NCBI GenBank assembly: GCA_963838925.1
Contig: CAWISW010000003.1
Location: 352,001-416,000 of the forward strand
Length of the DNA: 64,000 nucleotides
Reading direction: 5' to 3'
From: an uncultured Nitrososphaerota archaeon
GTDB taxonomy: Archaea > Thermoproteota > Nitrososphaeria > Nitrososphaerales > Gagatemarchaeaceae
Shown here: positions 19,646-28,321 of the stretch, one piece after another
How positions within the stretch are numbered: the first letter of the stretch is position 1
Layout of the letters: each line of letters begins with the position of its first letter
The notes under the pieces: generated by a model
The model's input: the letters and a program-made list of their open reading frames with translations, nothing else
Databases searched by the model: none
What the model was told of the DNA's origin: nothing
Translations under genes and position numbers: made by a program

Positions 19646-20326
19646 CTGAAGGCAAAGACGAGCGCCTATGTGGCCGCTCAAATCGCCGCTTTTGCTGCCG
19701 TGTTGGTCCTGATCTCATTGCCACTCGAGTCAGGGAGCCAGCAACCGATTTCGGCGCCCTCCACCAGTCAAGAGCTGACCTTCACATCGTTTAGTTGCAC
19801 TTCCACCTCGAAGGCCGTCACTAACGTGTTGCCCGTCAGCTCTGAATCCCAATTGCTTTCAATGGTCAACAGCAGCTTTACCGAGCATCTCCTGCATCTC
19901 GGCTCTAGAAACACCTTCGCGGCAACGAACGACTTCGAGGATGGGGCGCAAATGGCCTGGTCGGGGTCGGGGTTCGCCAACGCCGGAGGCTTCGCAGGAA
20001 ACTACACTGGGTTGCGGGCAATCAACGAGGTCTACGAGGGGCTCTTGGAAATCCCAACTTCACTCTCCATTGTCAACGAGAGCTGGACTTTGGCCACAAC
20101 CGGGCCAGAGTCGGCCGTGGTCCACTCTTCACTGGGATTCGAGGGATACGGCAACGCAACGCATGGGGAGGGCTTCGACGCCCAAGTCGTTGGAACAGAC
20201 TATTACGTGGCCGCAAACGGCTGGCAGATTTCGCAGGAATTCTGGAATTTCACGAGCTTCGACTGGCAATACTCGTTCTCAACAATGTTTGGCCCTGGCC
20301 CATCTGACGATTCGTGCTACCACTAG
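19646..20326 (+). CDS. NTF2-like surface protein (cassette 7)
   Basis: Leader LKAKTSAYVAAQ...LISLPL aligns with N-termini of 15080 and 22275 genes, implying a start near CTG 19646; track start lies inside repeat G. Confidence 0.7.
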   Translation: MKAKTSAYVAAQIAAFAAVLVLISLPLESGSQQPISAPSTSQELTFTSFSCTSTSKAVTNVLPVSSESQLLSMVNSSFTEHLLHLGSRNTFAATNDFEDGAQMAWSGSGFANAGGFAGNYTGLRAINEVYEGLLEIPTSLSIVNESWTLATTGPESAVVHSSLGFEGYGNATHGEGFDAQVVGTDYYVAANGWQISQEFWNFTSFDWQYSFSTMFGPGPSDDSCYH

Positions 20327-20341
20327 AGCATCCAGCGCCAG

Positions 20342-20396
20342 CTACCTATAGCTCAACGTACGAGTGAAATGCCCCGGGGGAGGCGCAACGATCCCT
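20342..20396 (+). repeat. Cassette-delimiting element copy H (terminal)
   Basis: ctacctatagctcaacgtacgagtgaaatgccccgggggaggcgcaacgatccct; left part nearly identical to copy A. Confidence 0.9.
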
Positions 20397-20568
20397 CTTC
20401 AAGAGAAACGGAATCCGCCAAGACGGGCTTATCTCGCGATTTGCCATTTCAGGACTTCGACGATGAGCATGGTCATGTCTCCAACCCTAGTCTGAACTCA
20501 GTCGAATCTCTCCGTGTAACGAAATGAACTCTTTTATACCGAGTCCGACCAAATAGTGCCGAACACAA

Positions 20569-20802
20569 ATGCCCATGGCTTTCGTGCTTATCAACGCAGA
20601 TTTAGGGGCCGAGGAGGAGCTGCTAAAGTCGCTCAGAGGGTTGGAGTTCGTACGCGATGTGTACGTCGTCTACGGAGTTTACGATATTATAGCTCGCGTC
20701 GAGGCCGACACCATGGAGAAGGTCAAGGAGACCATCACGTGGAAGATTCGCAGGCTCGACCGCGTCAGGAGCACCCTGACGATGATAGTCGTCGAGGGCT
20801 AG
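20569..20802 (+). CDS. Lrp/AsnC ligand-binding-domain protein
   Basis: MAFVLIN...VYGVYDIIARVE...IRRLDRVRSTLTMIV; TATA tttata at ~20533. Confidence 0.9.
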   Translation: MPMAFVLINADLGAEEELLKSLRGLEFVRDVYVVYGVYDIIARVEADTMEKVKETITWKIRRLDRVRSTLTMIVVEG

Positions 20803-20887
20803 CTACACAACTCTCTGTCGCACGATAATCTTCGTGGCGACCGACAATTCCATGGCGAGCGAGACGGCCATGATAATCGCGAGATGA

Positions 20888-21682
20888 TTGAAGATGAACG
20901 GGAGAAACGCACTGTTCGCGCTCTTCGTGCTGCTCACACTTGTGTTCGCCGCCCTTTCCGTGCTGGAGTATGAGCAGGTCCAGACGTTGAGCTCACAGAC
21001 TCGTTCATCAAGCACAACAAGCACCACGAGTACGTCGCTCGGCCTTTCTTTCCCTCACACCGAGTCACAAATTAGCTCATTCTGCAACTTCGGACAACTA
21101 GTCGGTGGACCGGGCAGGGAAGACGCTGAGAATGCAACCGGTCAGACTGTGACCACCTTTAACATCCCGGTTCTCGTCATGAAGGTTCCCACCACGGCCT
21201 ACGCTTGCGTGACATACAAATCCTTGGTCAATGGGCCGGCGCCCTTGAATTACACTGCGGGAGAGAACTACACGCTTCCTTTTGCGTTCAGCCTTCGGGT
21301 CTGTCACAGGATAGGCCAGTCAGGGATGGGCTGCCTGCCATCCCAAGCTCTCTCAGGAGTCGCGTTCCCTTCTTCAATTGCTCTCACGAACTCGACTACG
21401 ACGTTCACGGTGGTCTACAACATCACATCGACGGTTGGATCGACGGGATTCTACGATGACGCGGGGGATGTCTACTGGGGTTATCCTCTCGCCGTAGGGT
21501 ACCAGGACTCCCAGCTGAATTCGTCAGACTTTAGCCTTGTCCTTCCCTTGGGAAGCGGAGGAGGGCTCTATGAGCCGATTCAGTCTACTTCGGTCAGCGT
21601 GATTGGGATGGACTGGACTTACGTCCAATTCCAGTGCGTCATCACCAGACTAAGCTGCTCCTTTGGACCTGTCGGCGGCTAG
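20888..21682 (+). CDS. Membrane-anchored surface protein (Lrp-array cassette 1)
   Basis: TM leader similar to 36644 (ALSVLEY/LSALEY); S/T linker. Confidence 0.75.
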   Translation: MKMNGRNALFALFVLLTLVFAALSVLEYEQVQTLSSQTRSSSTTSTTSTSLGLSFPHTESQISSFCNFGQLVGGPGREDAENATGQTVTTFNIPVLVMKVPTTAYACVTYKSLVNGPAPLNYTAGENYTLPFAFSLRVCHRIGQSGMGCLPSQALSGVAFPSSIALTNSTTTFTVVYNITSTVGSTGFYDDAGDVYWGYPLAVGYQDSQLNSSDFSLVLPLGSGGGLYEPIQSTSVSVIGMDWTYVQFQCVITRLSCSFGPVGG

Positions 21683-21712
21683 GGAGGCGCCCTTGGGACA
21701 ACAAATAACCAA

Positions 21713-21754
21713 CGCGTCAGGAGCACGCTGACGATGATCGTCGTCGAAGGCTAG
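21713..21754 (+). repeat. Copy of the last 42 bp of the Lrp gene
   Basis: 39/42 identical to 20761-20802; all three differences synonymous. Confidence 0.95.
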
Positions 21755-21765
21755 GTGTTAATGCT

Positions 21766-22014
21766 TCAATCGTAAGCTGAGCTTCTCGGCGCAATCTTGA
21801 AGACGAGTATCTCGTCTTGAGGAAGTATCGAGTACAGGACGCGAATGTCGCCGACTCTCAGCCTGTAAGAATTCAAGGCTCCCTTGAGCTTCTTGCAACC
21901 GGGCGGATACGGAGTGTCGATAAGTTCGGAAATCTTGGACCCCAATCGAGCCTTCAAGTCCGCCGAAGCACTGTCGAGGCTTTTCCTTGCCTTGGTCGAC
22001 AGGTATACCTTCAA
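21766..22014 (-). CDS. RelE/ParE-family toxin
   Basis: P.PPGCKKLKG...YRLRVGDIRVLY...IAPR. Confidence 0.9.
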   Translation of the reverse strand: MKVYLSTKARKSLDSASADLKARLGSKISELIDTPYPPGCKKLKGALNSYRLRVGDIRVLYSILPQDEILVFKIAPRSSAYD

Positions 22015-22184
22015 CGCTTGCTTTTCCTGACGAAGGGAACGGTCTTGCCTTCCTGATGCTCCTTCAGCGCTTCTCTTCGGGCAGCCTTGTCGTCCTCGGA
22101 CATCTGCTCTGCCAAGGCGTCCTCGATTGAATCGAGCCGCTCACGTATCAGCTTTAGTTCTCTCTCGACCGCCGACGCCATCAT
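22011..22184 (-). CDS. Cognate antitoxin (57 aa, not in ORF track)
   Basis: MMASAVERELKLIRERLDSIEDALAEQMSEDDKAARREALKEHQEGKTVPF...; TTGA overlap with toxin start. Confidence 0.8.
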   Translation of the reverse strand: MMASAVERELKLIRERLDSIEDALAEQMSEDDKAARREALKEHQEGKTVPFVRKSKR

Positions 22185-22236
22185 CGATTGATTAGTCAGC
22201 TGAGATAATTAAACACAACAGCGCTCGAATCATCCG

Positions 22237-22260
22237 GACGATGATAGTCGTCGAAGGCTA
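22237..22260 (+). repeat. Second, shorter copy of the Lrp gene 3' end
   Basis: gacgatgatagtcgtcgaaggcta, 23/24 identical to the Lrp gene end. Confidence 0.88.
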
Positions 22261-22274
22261 CACGGGATTTCGCT

Positions 22275-23090
22275 CTAAGTGCAATCCTCGTTAGGGCCTG
22301 GAAACAGACAGACGATGGGCGAGGCGACCGCCGGACTTCCAGAGGGACCAGTCGCCACAAAGAAGCTCAGCGTGACGAGGCCGCCCCACGCGTCGCCAAC
22401 GGCTATCGTGTAGTTGGCTCCTGGGTCCCATTGCGTTGGCGCCCCAATGTACAGAATTGGGCCTCCGTTAGGCAGGTGAGAGGGATCCCAGTACCCCGCG
22501 ACCCGCACCGAAGCGTTCGAAGAAAACGACTGGCTTAGCGTGTAGTTGTCGTTGCAAATCGCGCAAGCCGGGACCTTCATGGTGGCGTTGTCGCTCTGAG
22601 GCGGGAAGAGGTACCAGAGAGCCGCCCCGTTCTCCATGCAGAGGATGTGCACCGGCGTCCCGCTATACAGCAGTCCCTGGACTGAGGAATCATTGTAGAA
22701 TCCCTTCAGCACCACGAACTCGTATGGCTCGTTCCAGTTGCACCAAGGATCCGGGGCCAGAGGGAATCCTAGAAATGGGAAGTGCCACGTCAGCTGGCCG
22801 CTCGAGGCATAGGCCGCGAAATCCTCTCCGCTGGCGTTTAGAGCGTTTGGGTTCTTGTTGTAGAGCGCAATCGAGAAGGTGATGCTCTGATTCGGCTGGA
22901 TGCCGCCCGCCGCGTTATCTGAGACTTCGAGCGTCAATCCCTGAGCGTCTGTCGCCTGAGCGGAAGTCACGAATCTTTCAATACCGGAGCTCCCGACGCT
23001 GGGCGAACCGATGGGCAGTGAGACGAGCAGAAGCACCCCGACCATCATCAAAGCCAATGCCACTGCGAAGCCTGCTTCCTTCGTCTTCAT
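22275..23090 (-). CDS. Membrane-anchored surface protein
   Basis: TM leader; GYW...PGANYTIAVGDAWG module. Confidence 0.75.
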   Translation of the reverse strand: MKTKEAGFAVALALMMVGVLLLVSLPIGSPSVGSSGIERFVTSAQATDAQGLTLEVSDNAAGGIQPNQSITFSIALYNKNPNALNASGEDFAAYASSGQLTWHFPFLGFPLAPDPWCNWNEPYEFVVLKGFYNDSSVQGLLYSGTPVHILCMENGAALWYLFPPQSDNATMKVPACAICNDNYTLSQSFSSNASVRVAGYWDPSHLPNGGPILYIGAPTQWDPGANYTIAVGDAWGGLVTLSFFVATGPSGSPAVASPIVCLFPGPNEDCT

Positions 23091-23218
23091 TTACCAGGCG
23101 TCTTGAGGTCACTGATTCAATATTAATGATGCGAAGCAATCCTCTGCGTAGCCTTGCTGGCGAATAGGAATATTTAGGTCAAGGAATTATATATATTAGG
23201 AATATCACCGCAGAGACC

Positions 23219-23416
23219 GTGAAGCCGCCCTTCCTCGTGGTCGCAAGAAATGGTGATCTGGTCAACAAGTTCGAGCAGGACTCGATGCTGAGGGCCGTCA
23301 ACCTCAAGGACTTTCTGGAGGGGCTCGGGGACTATCAGGAGGTCTCCATCTTCCAGCTCTCCCTCAACAGCGGCCAGAGCAAGGAGTGGGTGAAGCTGGA
23401 CGTCTTCGAGTCCTAG
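23219..23416 (+). CDS. Small hypothetical protein
   Basis: Host-like codon usage, strong AT-rich TATA region upstream. Confidence 0.6.
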   Translation: MKPPFLVVARNGDLVNKFEQDSMLRAVNLKDFLEGLGDYQEVSIFQLSLNSGQSKEWVKLDVFES

Positions 23417-23430
23417 GGCGGGCTTCTGCA

Positions 23431-24492
23431 TCATCGCGTTCCCTCGTACATCCTGACGACCGCCCTGAGCTGCGCCCTGCTCAGCTCGACCGGGGGGCTG
23501 GCCTGGGACTTGACCACAATCATCTGCGACTGCGAGGCGGGGCCCGCGTCGGCTATCCGCATCCCGACTGGCTCGCCGCTAGTCGCGAGCAGGCTGCTCA
23601 GGAACGCGGTGTACTGGTCGGGGCTCGGCCAGGTCAGCCTCCCCCCGATTGCCTTGAAGACCTCCATTAGGAGGGGAGGGTGGACGAACTCCTGGGGTGA
23701 AGACGGAACCTTTCCTCGGCCGTCGCGCCCCCGGTCGACCCTCCTGTAGAGTCCAAGGGACATCCCGAAGCCTTTCTCCTGTCTGATGGAGATGACGTCA
23801 TAGGTGCGGGACATCAAAGCTGTCGACCAGTCGTTCTTGCCGATCTTGGAGGCCTGCAGGGAGGGTTGGAGCAGCGCAAGCGCCTGCCCGGAGTCCAGCG
23901 GCAGCAGGTAGGCACCGAGCGCGGAAAGGGAGAGGGCGGTCTCCTTGAGGGCGGTCAATATCGCCTCCTCGGCCGACCGCTCGGTCGGGGCCATCCTTTC
24001 GACCACGACGTAGATGGACGGAGTATCGGAGGCGGACACCATGACGGTCCCGGTCACGCCAGCCAAGGCCCTGCCCACGTCGCGGGTCAACGGCTTCACC
24101 TGGGCGACTGCTACCCACGAGACCGGGAGCGGCGACGACCTGAGAAGGATTGACTCTTTGACAGGCTTCAGCGTGGACCCGAGGGCTGACATCGGGAGCC
24201 GGCCCCAGAGCATCACGAGCACCCCGAGAGCCCCAAAGACGAGCGGGGAGGAGGGGCCGTGGGCGAGGTACCCTAGGAACGCGAGCAGGAAGAGGAATCC
24301 TGCGAGGCCGTACCTGACCGGGAACTTCCCCCTCGGCTTCCCCCTGTCCTGAGACGCCGGCTTGCGCTTCCTAGCCCTCAAGATAGGCGGGAGGAGGAGC
24401 CAGGCGAAGATCAAGAGCGTCAGCTCCCACACTCCCGCGCCGAGAAACATTAGGGCGAGGAGGACCGCCAGAGACTTGCCCAGCCAGCCCAT
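23431..24492 (-). CDS. Hypothetical protein with four N-terminal TM helices and a soluble domain
   Basis: Hydropathy pattern; coupled to upstream ATPase. Confidence 0.7.
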   Translation of the reverse strand: MGWLGKSLAVLLALMFLGAGVWELTLLIFAWLLLPPILRARKRKPASQDRGKPRGKFPVRYGLAGFLFLLAFLGYLAHGPSSPLVFGALGVLVMLWGRLPMSALGSTLKPVKESILLRSSPLPVSWVAVAQVKPLTRDVGRALAGVTGTVMVSASDTPSIYVVVERMAPTERSAEEAILTALKETALSLSALGAYLLPLDSGQALALLQPSLQASKIGKNDWSTALMSRTYDVISIRQEKGFGMSLGLYRRVDRGRDGRGKVPSSPQEFVHPPLLMEVFKAIGGRLTWPSPDQYTAFLSSLLATSGEPVGMRIADAGPASQSQMIVVKSQASPPVELSRAQLRAVVRMYEGTR

Positions 24493-25520
24493 CAGTGGAA
24501 CCCCTCGTCGTCGATGTAGGCGTGCCCGTACCTCGAGAAGTCCTCGAGTGCGGGGTGCCGGTGCACCCAGAACGCCCGCCCGTCGGTGTCCACCTTGATG
24601 GTGTCCTCGGGGTTCACCGAAGTAGCGTCCTTGTTCCTCTTCGACGTGTTCTTCGTCAGCTCGAAGCTAAACTTCGCCTCGTGCCCGAGCGTGATCCCGC
24701 CGTAGGGCTTCCCCCTGTCCCAGGCGGCCATCGGGTTTATCGACGCGTGGCTCGTCACGACGACCGCGATGCCGTACTCGACGCAGAGCCTCTGGGCGTG
24801 GGCGAGCAGTATGACCATTCCCGCGCTCCTCGCGGGGAGGTCCTGAGTGCCGAGGAATGCCGACTTGAATGGGGCGGAGATGGAGTCGTAGACCAGCAGC
24901 TTGGCCTTCGTCGCCTCGACTATCTGGTGGAGCGCGGACTGGTAGACCGGGGTGGACTTGAGCCTCAGCTCGACCCTCCCGCCCTCGGAGACTATCTTCT
25001 GCACGTCGTTGCCGTGCAACGCCAGCAGGTCGATGATCTCCGGCATCTGCACGATGAAGATGGACGGCTCCTCAGATTTGTCAAGGTTGACGGTAAAGTC
25101 GGGCGAGAGCACGTCGGCTATCGCGCTCATGTGGTTGTCGTTGTAGGCGACACCGATTCGGTCTAGGGTGCTGCTGATTGCGGTCACCAGCTCGCTCCGC
25201 GACGCCGCCTGGTCCTTCTTCTTGGCGGCGCGCGTGCTCCGCTCGAGCTTGAGCTCCTTGACTTTGATCTTGTCGCCAAACCTCTTCTCGAACCCCGGCC
25301 TCCGGTAGTCGACGAGGTAGCTGAAGTAGGACTGCTCGGTGTCAAGGATAACCGCGCTGCTGCCTGCGGCGACGGTCGAGTACGCGGCCTGCAGCGAGAG
25401 TATGCTCTTCCCGAGGGCCTTCTCGCCGAATATCTGGGTGATGGTCCCCGTCGAGAGCCCTCCGTCCGTCATGATGTCGAGCGCCTTGGCGCCAGTCTGG
25501 ATCTTGTCCATGGGCATCAC
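24492..25520 (-). CDS. RadA/RadB-like RecA-superfamily ATPase
   Basis: TGAKALDIMTDGG, Walker A GEKALGKS, ILDTE, Walker B LLVYDS, KPYGGITLGH. Confidence 0.8.
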   Translation of the reverse strand: MMPMDKIQTGAKALDIMTDGGLSTGTITQIFGEKALGKSILSLQAAYSTVAAGSSAVILDTEQSYFSYLVDYRRPGFEKRFGDKIKVKELKLERSTRAAKKKDQAASRSELVTAISSTLDRIGVAYNDNHMSAIADVLSPDFTVNLDKSEEPSIFIVQMPEIIDLLALHGNDVQKIVSEGGRVELRLKSTPVYQSALHQIVEATKAKLLVYDSISAPFKSAFLGTQDLPARSAGMVILLAHAQRLCVEYGIAVVVTSHASINPMAAWDRGKPYGGITLGHEAKFSFELTKNTSKRNKDATSVNPEDTIKVDTDGRAFWVHRHPALEDFSRYGHAYIDDEGFH

Positions 25521-26743
25521 CTCGAGCTCTCCCAGAACGTCCGGCCTTTTTCGGTCAGGGAGAGCCCGTGGATTGTCCGACCCGACCTCTCCTGCGGCGT
25601 TACCGCGATGTATCCCTCGGCCTGGAGCCTGTCGAATGTCCTCTCGAGGAGATCCTTGTCGAACTCAGAGGAGAGAAACGAAATCAGCGAAGTCCGGGTG
25701 GCGCCCTCGTAGCCCGCGACCTCCTCGAGTATCCGCTTGGCGAGCTCCTCGCCGGCGGTCGGGACGAGAGAGGCGCCCGTCTTGGCCTCTCCCTTCCTCC
25801 CCTCGAACTCCCTCGGGACGAAGACCTCGCTCGAACCGTAGGATGGGTTCTGGAACATGAACATGTTCGGGGTGAGGACGAGGCCGCCCCTGCCTGACTC
25901 GTTCCACGCGGCGCTGGAATGTATCCTGACCGAGCAGGTGTCCATGTAGCCCTTGTCGAGACCGTAGGCCGCGTCAGAGGCTAGGACCTTGGGCAGGGGC
26001 GCCGAGACGAACGAGGTGAGGAACCGCGGGTTCCTCCGGAAGACCGGGCGCTCCTTGAACAGGCGGTTCGCCTCTGTCATGATGATGACGTCAGGCCCGT
26101 GAACCTCTTCTCTGCCGCCCAGCATCGCTAGGAGCTTTGCGAGGAACAGGGCCACGGCCGTCTCCGCGGCCTCAGGCGACCCGGCATTCCTAAAGTTCAA
26201 GACCGCGCTCTTCCCCATAATCTGCCTGACCACATCTTTCTCCCCGACTAGGTTGAGAGACCGGAGAGCCTCCAGCCTGACGCGCAGCCTATCGACGGCG
26301 CGCCCCTTCGCAGAATCTGGGGACTGTATCAGGTCGGCCAGAGACGATGGGCTGGCGACGCCCCGCTCGTTGGCGATGATCTGGGCGATTGCGTTCAGGC
26401 TGGCCTCTTGCTCGAAAGACAGTTCGAGGGAGGTGGAATAGGCGCCGGACAAGAGCTGCGCGTGGACGATGGGGTTGTCCTCGATCCTGATTGAGTCGTA
26501 GAGGAAGTAGGAGACGTCGTACTCGTCGATGTATCCGGAAAGCGAGTCTGAGACGCTGCCGTCCATATCGAGGAGGAGAGACTTCAACCCCGCTTGGTGG
26601 CACGCGTAGGCGACCAGAGGGGCGAGGCGGTTCGCGCCCTGGCCGAGCATCGCGATTCCCCCCTTCAGGTCGTCGAGCTTCACCTCAAACCTCCCGCCCA
26701 ACCGCGTGAACCCCAACCAGACCGAGCTTGTTGCCGAACTCAT
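25517..26743 (-). CDS. Degenerate HerA/FtsK-like P-loop protein with C-terminal wHTH
   Basis: IAMLGQGANRL at the Walker A position, LLLDMDG, IIMTEANRL at Walker B; C-terminal L...G.I...LTEKG. Confidence 0.55.
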   Translation of the reverse strand: MSSATSSVWLGFTRLGGRFEVKLDDLKGGIAMLGQGANRLAPLVAYACHQAGLKSLLLDMDGSVSDSLSGYIDEYDVSYFLYDSIRIEDNPIVHAQLLSGAYSTSLELSFEQEASLNAIAQIIANERGVASPSSLADLIQSPDSAKGRAVDRLRVRLEALRSLNLVGEKDVVRQIMGKSAVLNFRNAGSPEAAETAVALFLAKLLAMLGGREEVHGPDVIIMTEANRLFKERPVFRRNPRFLTSFVSAPLPKVLASDAAYGLDKGYMDTCSVRIHSSAAWNESGRGGLVLTPNMFMFQNPSYGSSEVFVPREFEGRKGEAKTGASLVPTAGEELAKRILEEVAGYEGATRTSLISFLSSEFDKDLLERTFDRLQAEGYIAVTPQERSGRTIHGLSLTEKGRTFWESSR

Positions 26744-26885
26744 GCGGAGAAAGGACGGAGCGACCTTATAGAGAATTGCTCATCTTAAGCACTCATTTAT
26801 GATGAGTGCAGTCCCGATACCAATATCGGTTCGGACAAACTACTAATAACAAACGACCCTCCAGTATTCTGAAGGCGAGAGACGG

Positions 26886-27269
26886 ATGAACTTGTCACGA
26901 TTAGGTCTCGTCCTCATAGCGCTCGGACTGATCTCCCTAGTCCTGTTTTTTGCCACCCCAATCAATCCTAACACCACGCTCGCCGACTTGGGATTGCTGA
27001 GCATCCTCGGCGGCGCGCTCTTCGTTTATCTGGGCTTCCTTCGAAAGCGGACAACTCCTGGCGAGCAAACCAAAGCTCTCGTCATGACGGGATGGAAGAT
27101 CCTCTCGGTTGGGCTGCTGGTTGCCTTGGGCGCGTTCCTGCTGCTGAATCAGACCATGTGCGCGGAGGCCTGCAGTCTAACCGGCTATCTGGTGTATTTC
27201 TATGGAGGGCTCCTAGCAGCTGCAGCCGGGTTCGCCGCAATCATTGTAGGCAGACGTTCGAGAAGGTAG
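26886..27269 (+). CDS. Small 4-TM membrane protein
   Basis: Four hydrophobic segments; TTCGGACAAA promoter motif. Confidence 0.7.
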   Translation: MNLSRLGLVLIALGLISLVLFFATPINPNTTLADLGLLSILGGALFVYLGFLRKRTTPGEQTKALVMTGWKILSVGLLVALGAFLLLNQTMCAEACSLTGYLVYFYGGLLAAAAGFAAIIVGRRSRR

Positions 27270-27343
27270 CCTGTGCACAGCCAGACTGCTTACGCCAAAG
27301 CGTGCGACGAGCGCCGTAATGCTTGGGAATGACGGTACCGCGA

Positions 27344-28234
27344 TCACGATTCTAGCGATTTCGGCGGTCGCTGCTGTACGACCGGCCCGTCGGTCTTCTC
27401 AAGGTCATCGAAGAGGTCCAGAAGCATCTTCCCCATCGGCGTCACTTCGTAGAGTCTCACGGTCCCGAAGGCAGCCTGCTCTCTGACGAAGCCGTACTTG
27501 TTGAGAATCTGAACGTGCCTGTCGACGGTCTTCCAGTCGACCCCCAGCTCCTGCGCGAGCTGCAGCCTGTCCTTGGGAGTGCTCAACGTGTTGAGGACCT
27601 TGATCCTCGTGGCTCCCCCCTTCATCTTCATGAAGAGCTCGAAGACGTCAGACCCGAAGCCCATCTCGCTGTACCGTGCCCTCACCCTCCCCCTCCAGAC
27701 CCACATCCCTCCGAGGAGGACCCACGTGACGGGCGCGAGAAGGAGCGAACCGGCCTGCACCTGCCTGAGGAGCGATTCGCTTTCAGTCGTAGGGCCGAGC
27801 GTCGACAAGCTTGCGAGCGCGCCCTGGTTTTGGTTCGTCGTGGTTGAGGCAATCCCGTTTCCGGCCACGAAAGCCATGCCGCCAGACGTCGTGGTTGTTG
27901 CGGCGACAGCGGATGTCGTGACCGTCGTGGTCGTCGCCGTGGTGACAGCGCTTGAGACAGTGTTCGAGGAGGTGGAGCTCTCCGTCGACGACACGGAGGT
28001 AGTCGAGCTCGAGATAGCCGACGAGGAACTCGTATTGACATTGCCATAGGTCTGGGAGCTGTTGCCTGAATTGGGCGATAGTTGCGGGAGGGAGGAGGAG
28101 CTCGATGCCGAGATGGCGGGGCCGAAGCTGCTTGATTGAAGGGCAGAAGTGCCGATAAGGCCCCAACCCGCAAGAGCGGTGGTCGCCACTGCGAAGAAAA
28201 GCAGAGTGGCAAAGGCCACTCTAAACCTGTTCAA
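27344..28234 (-). CDS. Membrane-tethered winged-HTH transcription regulator
   Basis: N-terminal TM, S/T-rich region, second TM, then GGATRIKVL...LAQELGVDWKTVDRHVQIL...YEVTPMG. Confidence 0.82.
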   Translation of the reverse strand: MNRFRVAFATLLFFAVATTALAGWGLIGTSALQSSSFGPAISASSSSSLPQLSPNSGNSSQTYGNVNTSSSSAISSSTTSVSSTESSTSSNTVSSAVTTATTTTVTTSAVAATTTTSGGMAFVAGNGIASTTTNQNQGALASLSTLGPTTESESLLRQVQAGSLLLAPVTWVLLGGMWVWRGRVRARYSEMGFGSDVFELFMKMKGGATRIKVLNTLSTPKDRLQLAQELGVDWKTVDRHVQILNKYGFVREQAAFGTVRLYEVTPMGKMLLDLFDDLEKTDGPVVQQRPPKSLES

Positions 28235-28270
28235 TCTAACTACAAATCTGCAAAAACAGCATTTTCATCA

Positions 28271-28300
28271 TAAATACTTTTGTCCGAACGTTAGGACAAA
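28271..28300. promoter_or_regulatory. Divergent promoter with an inverted pair of the TTCGGACAAA motif
   Basis: tttgtccgaa-cg-ttaggacaaa, near-perfect palindrome. Confidence 0.75.
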
Positions 28301-28321
28301 CCCTCATCAAAGCAGCCGCGT

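Noticed and set aside
11031-20396. The repeats as a CRISPR array
   Set aside because: Spacing is 0.7-2.2 kb with whole genes between, copies are diverged and of unequal length, and there are no cas genes.
20450-20485. Inverted degenerate Lrp 3'-end copy (minus strand RVGDMTMLIVEV)
   Set aside because: Similarity is short and gapped, and cannot be told from chance by eye.
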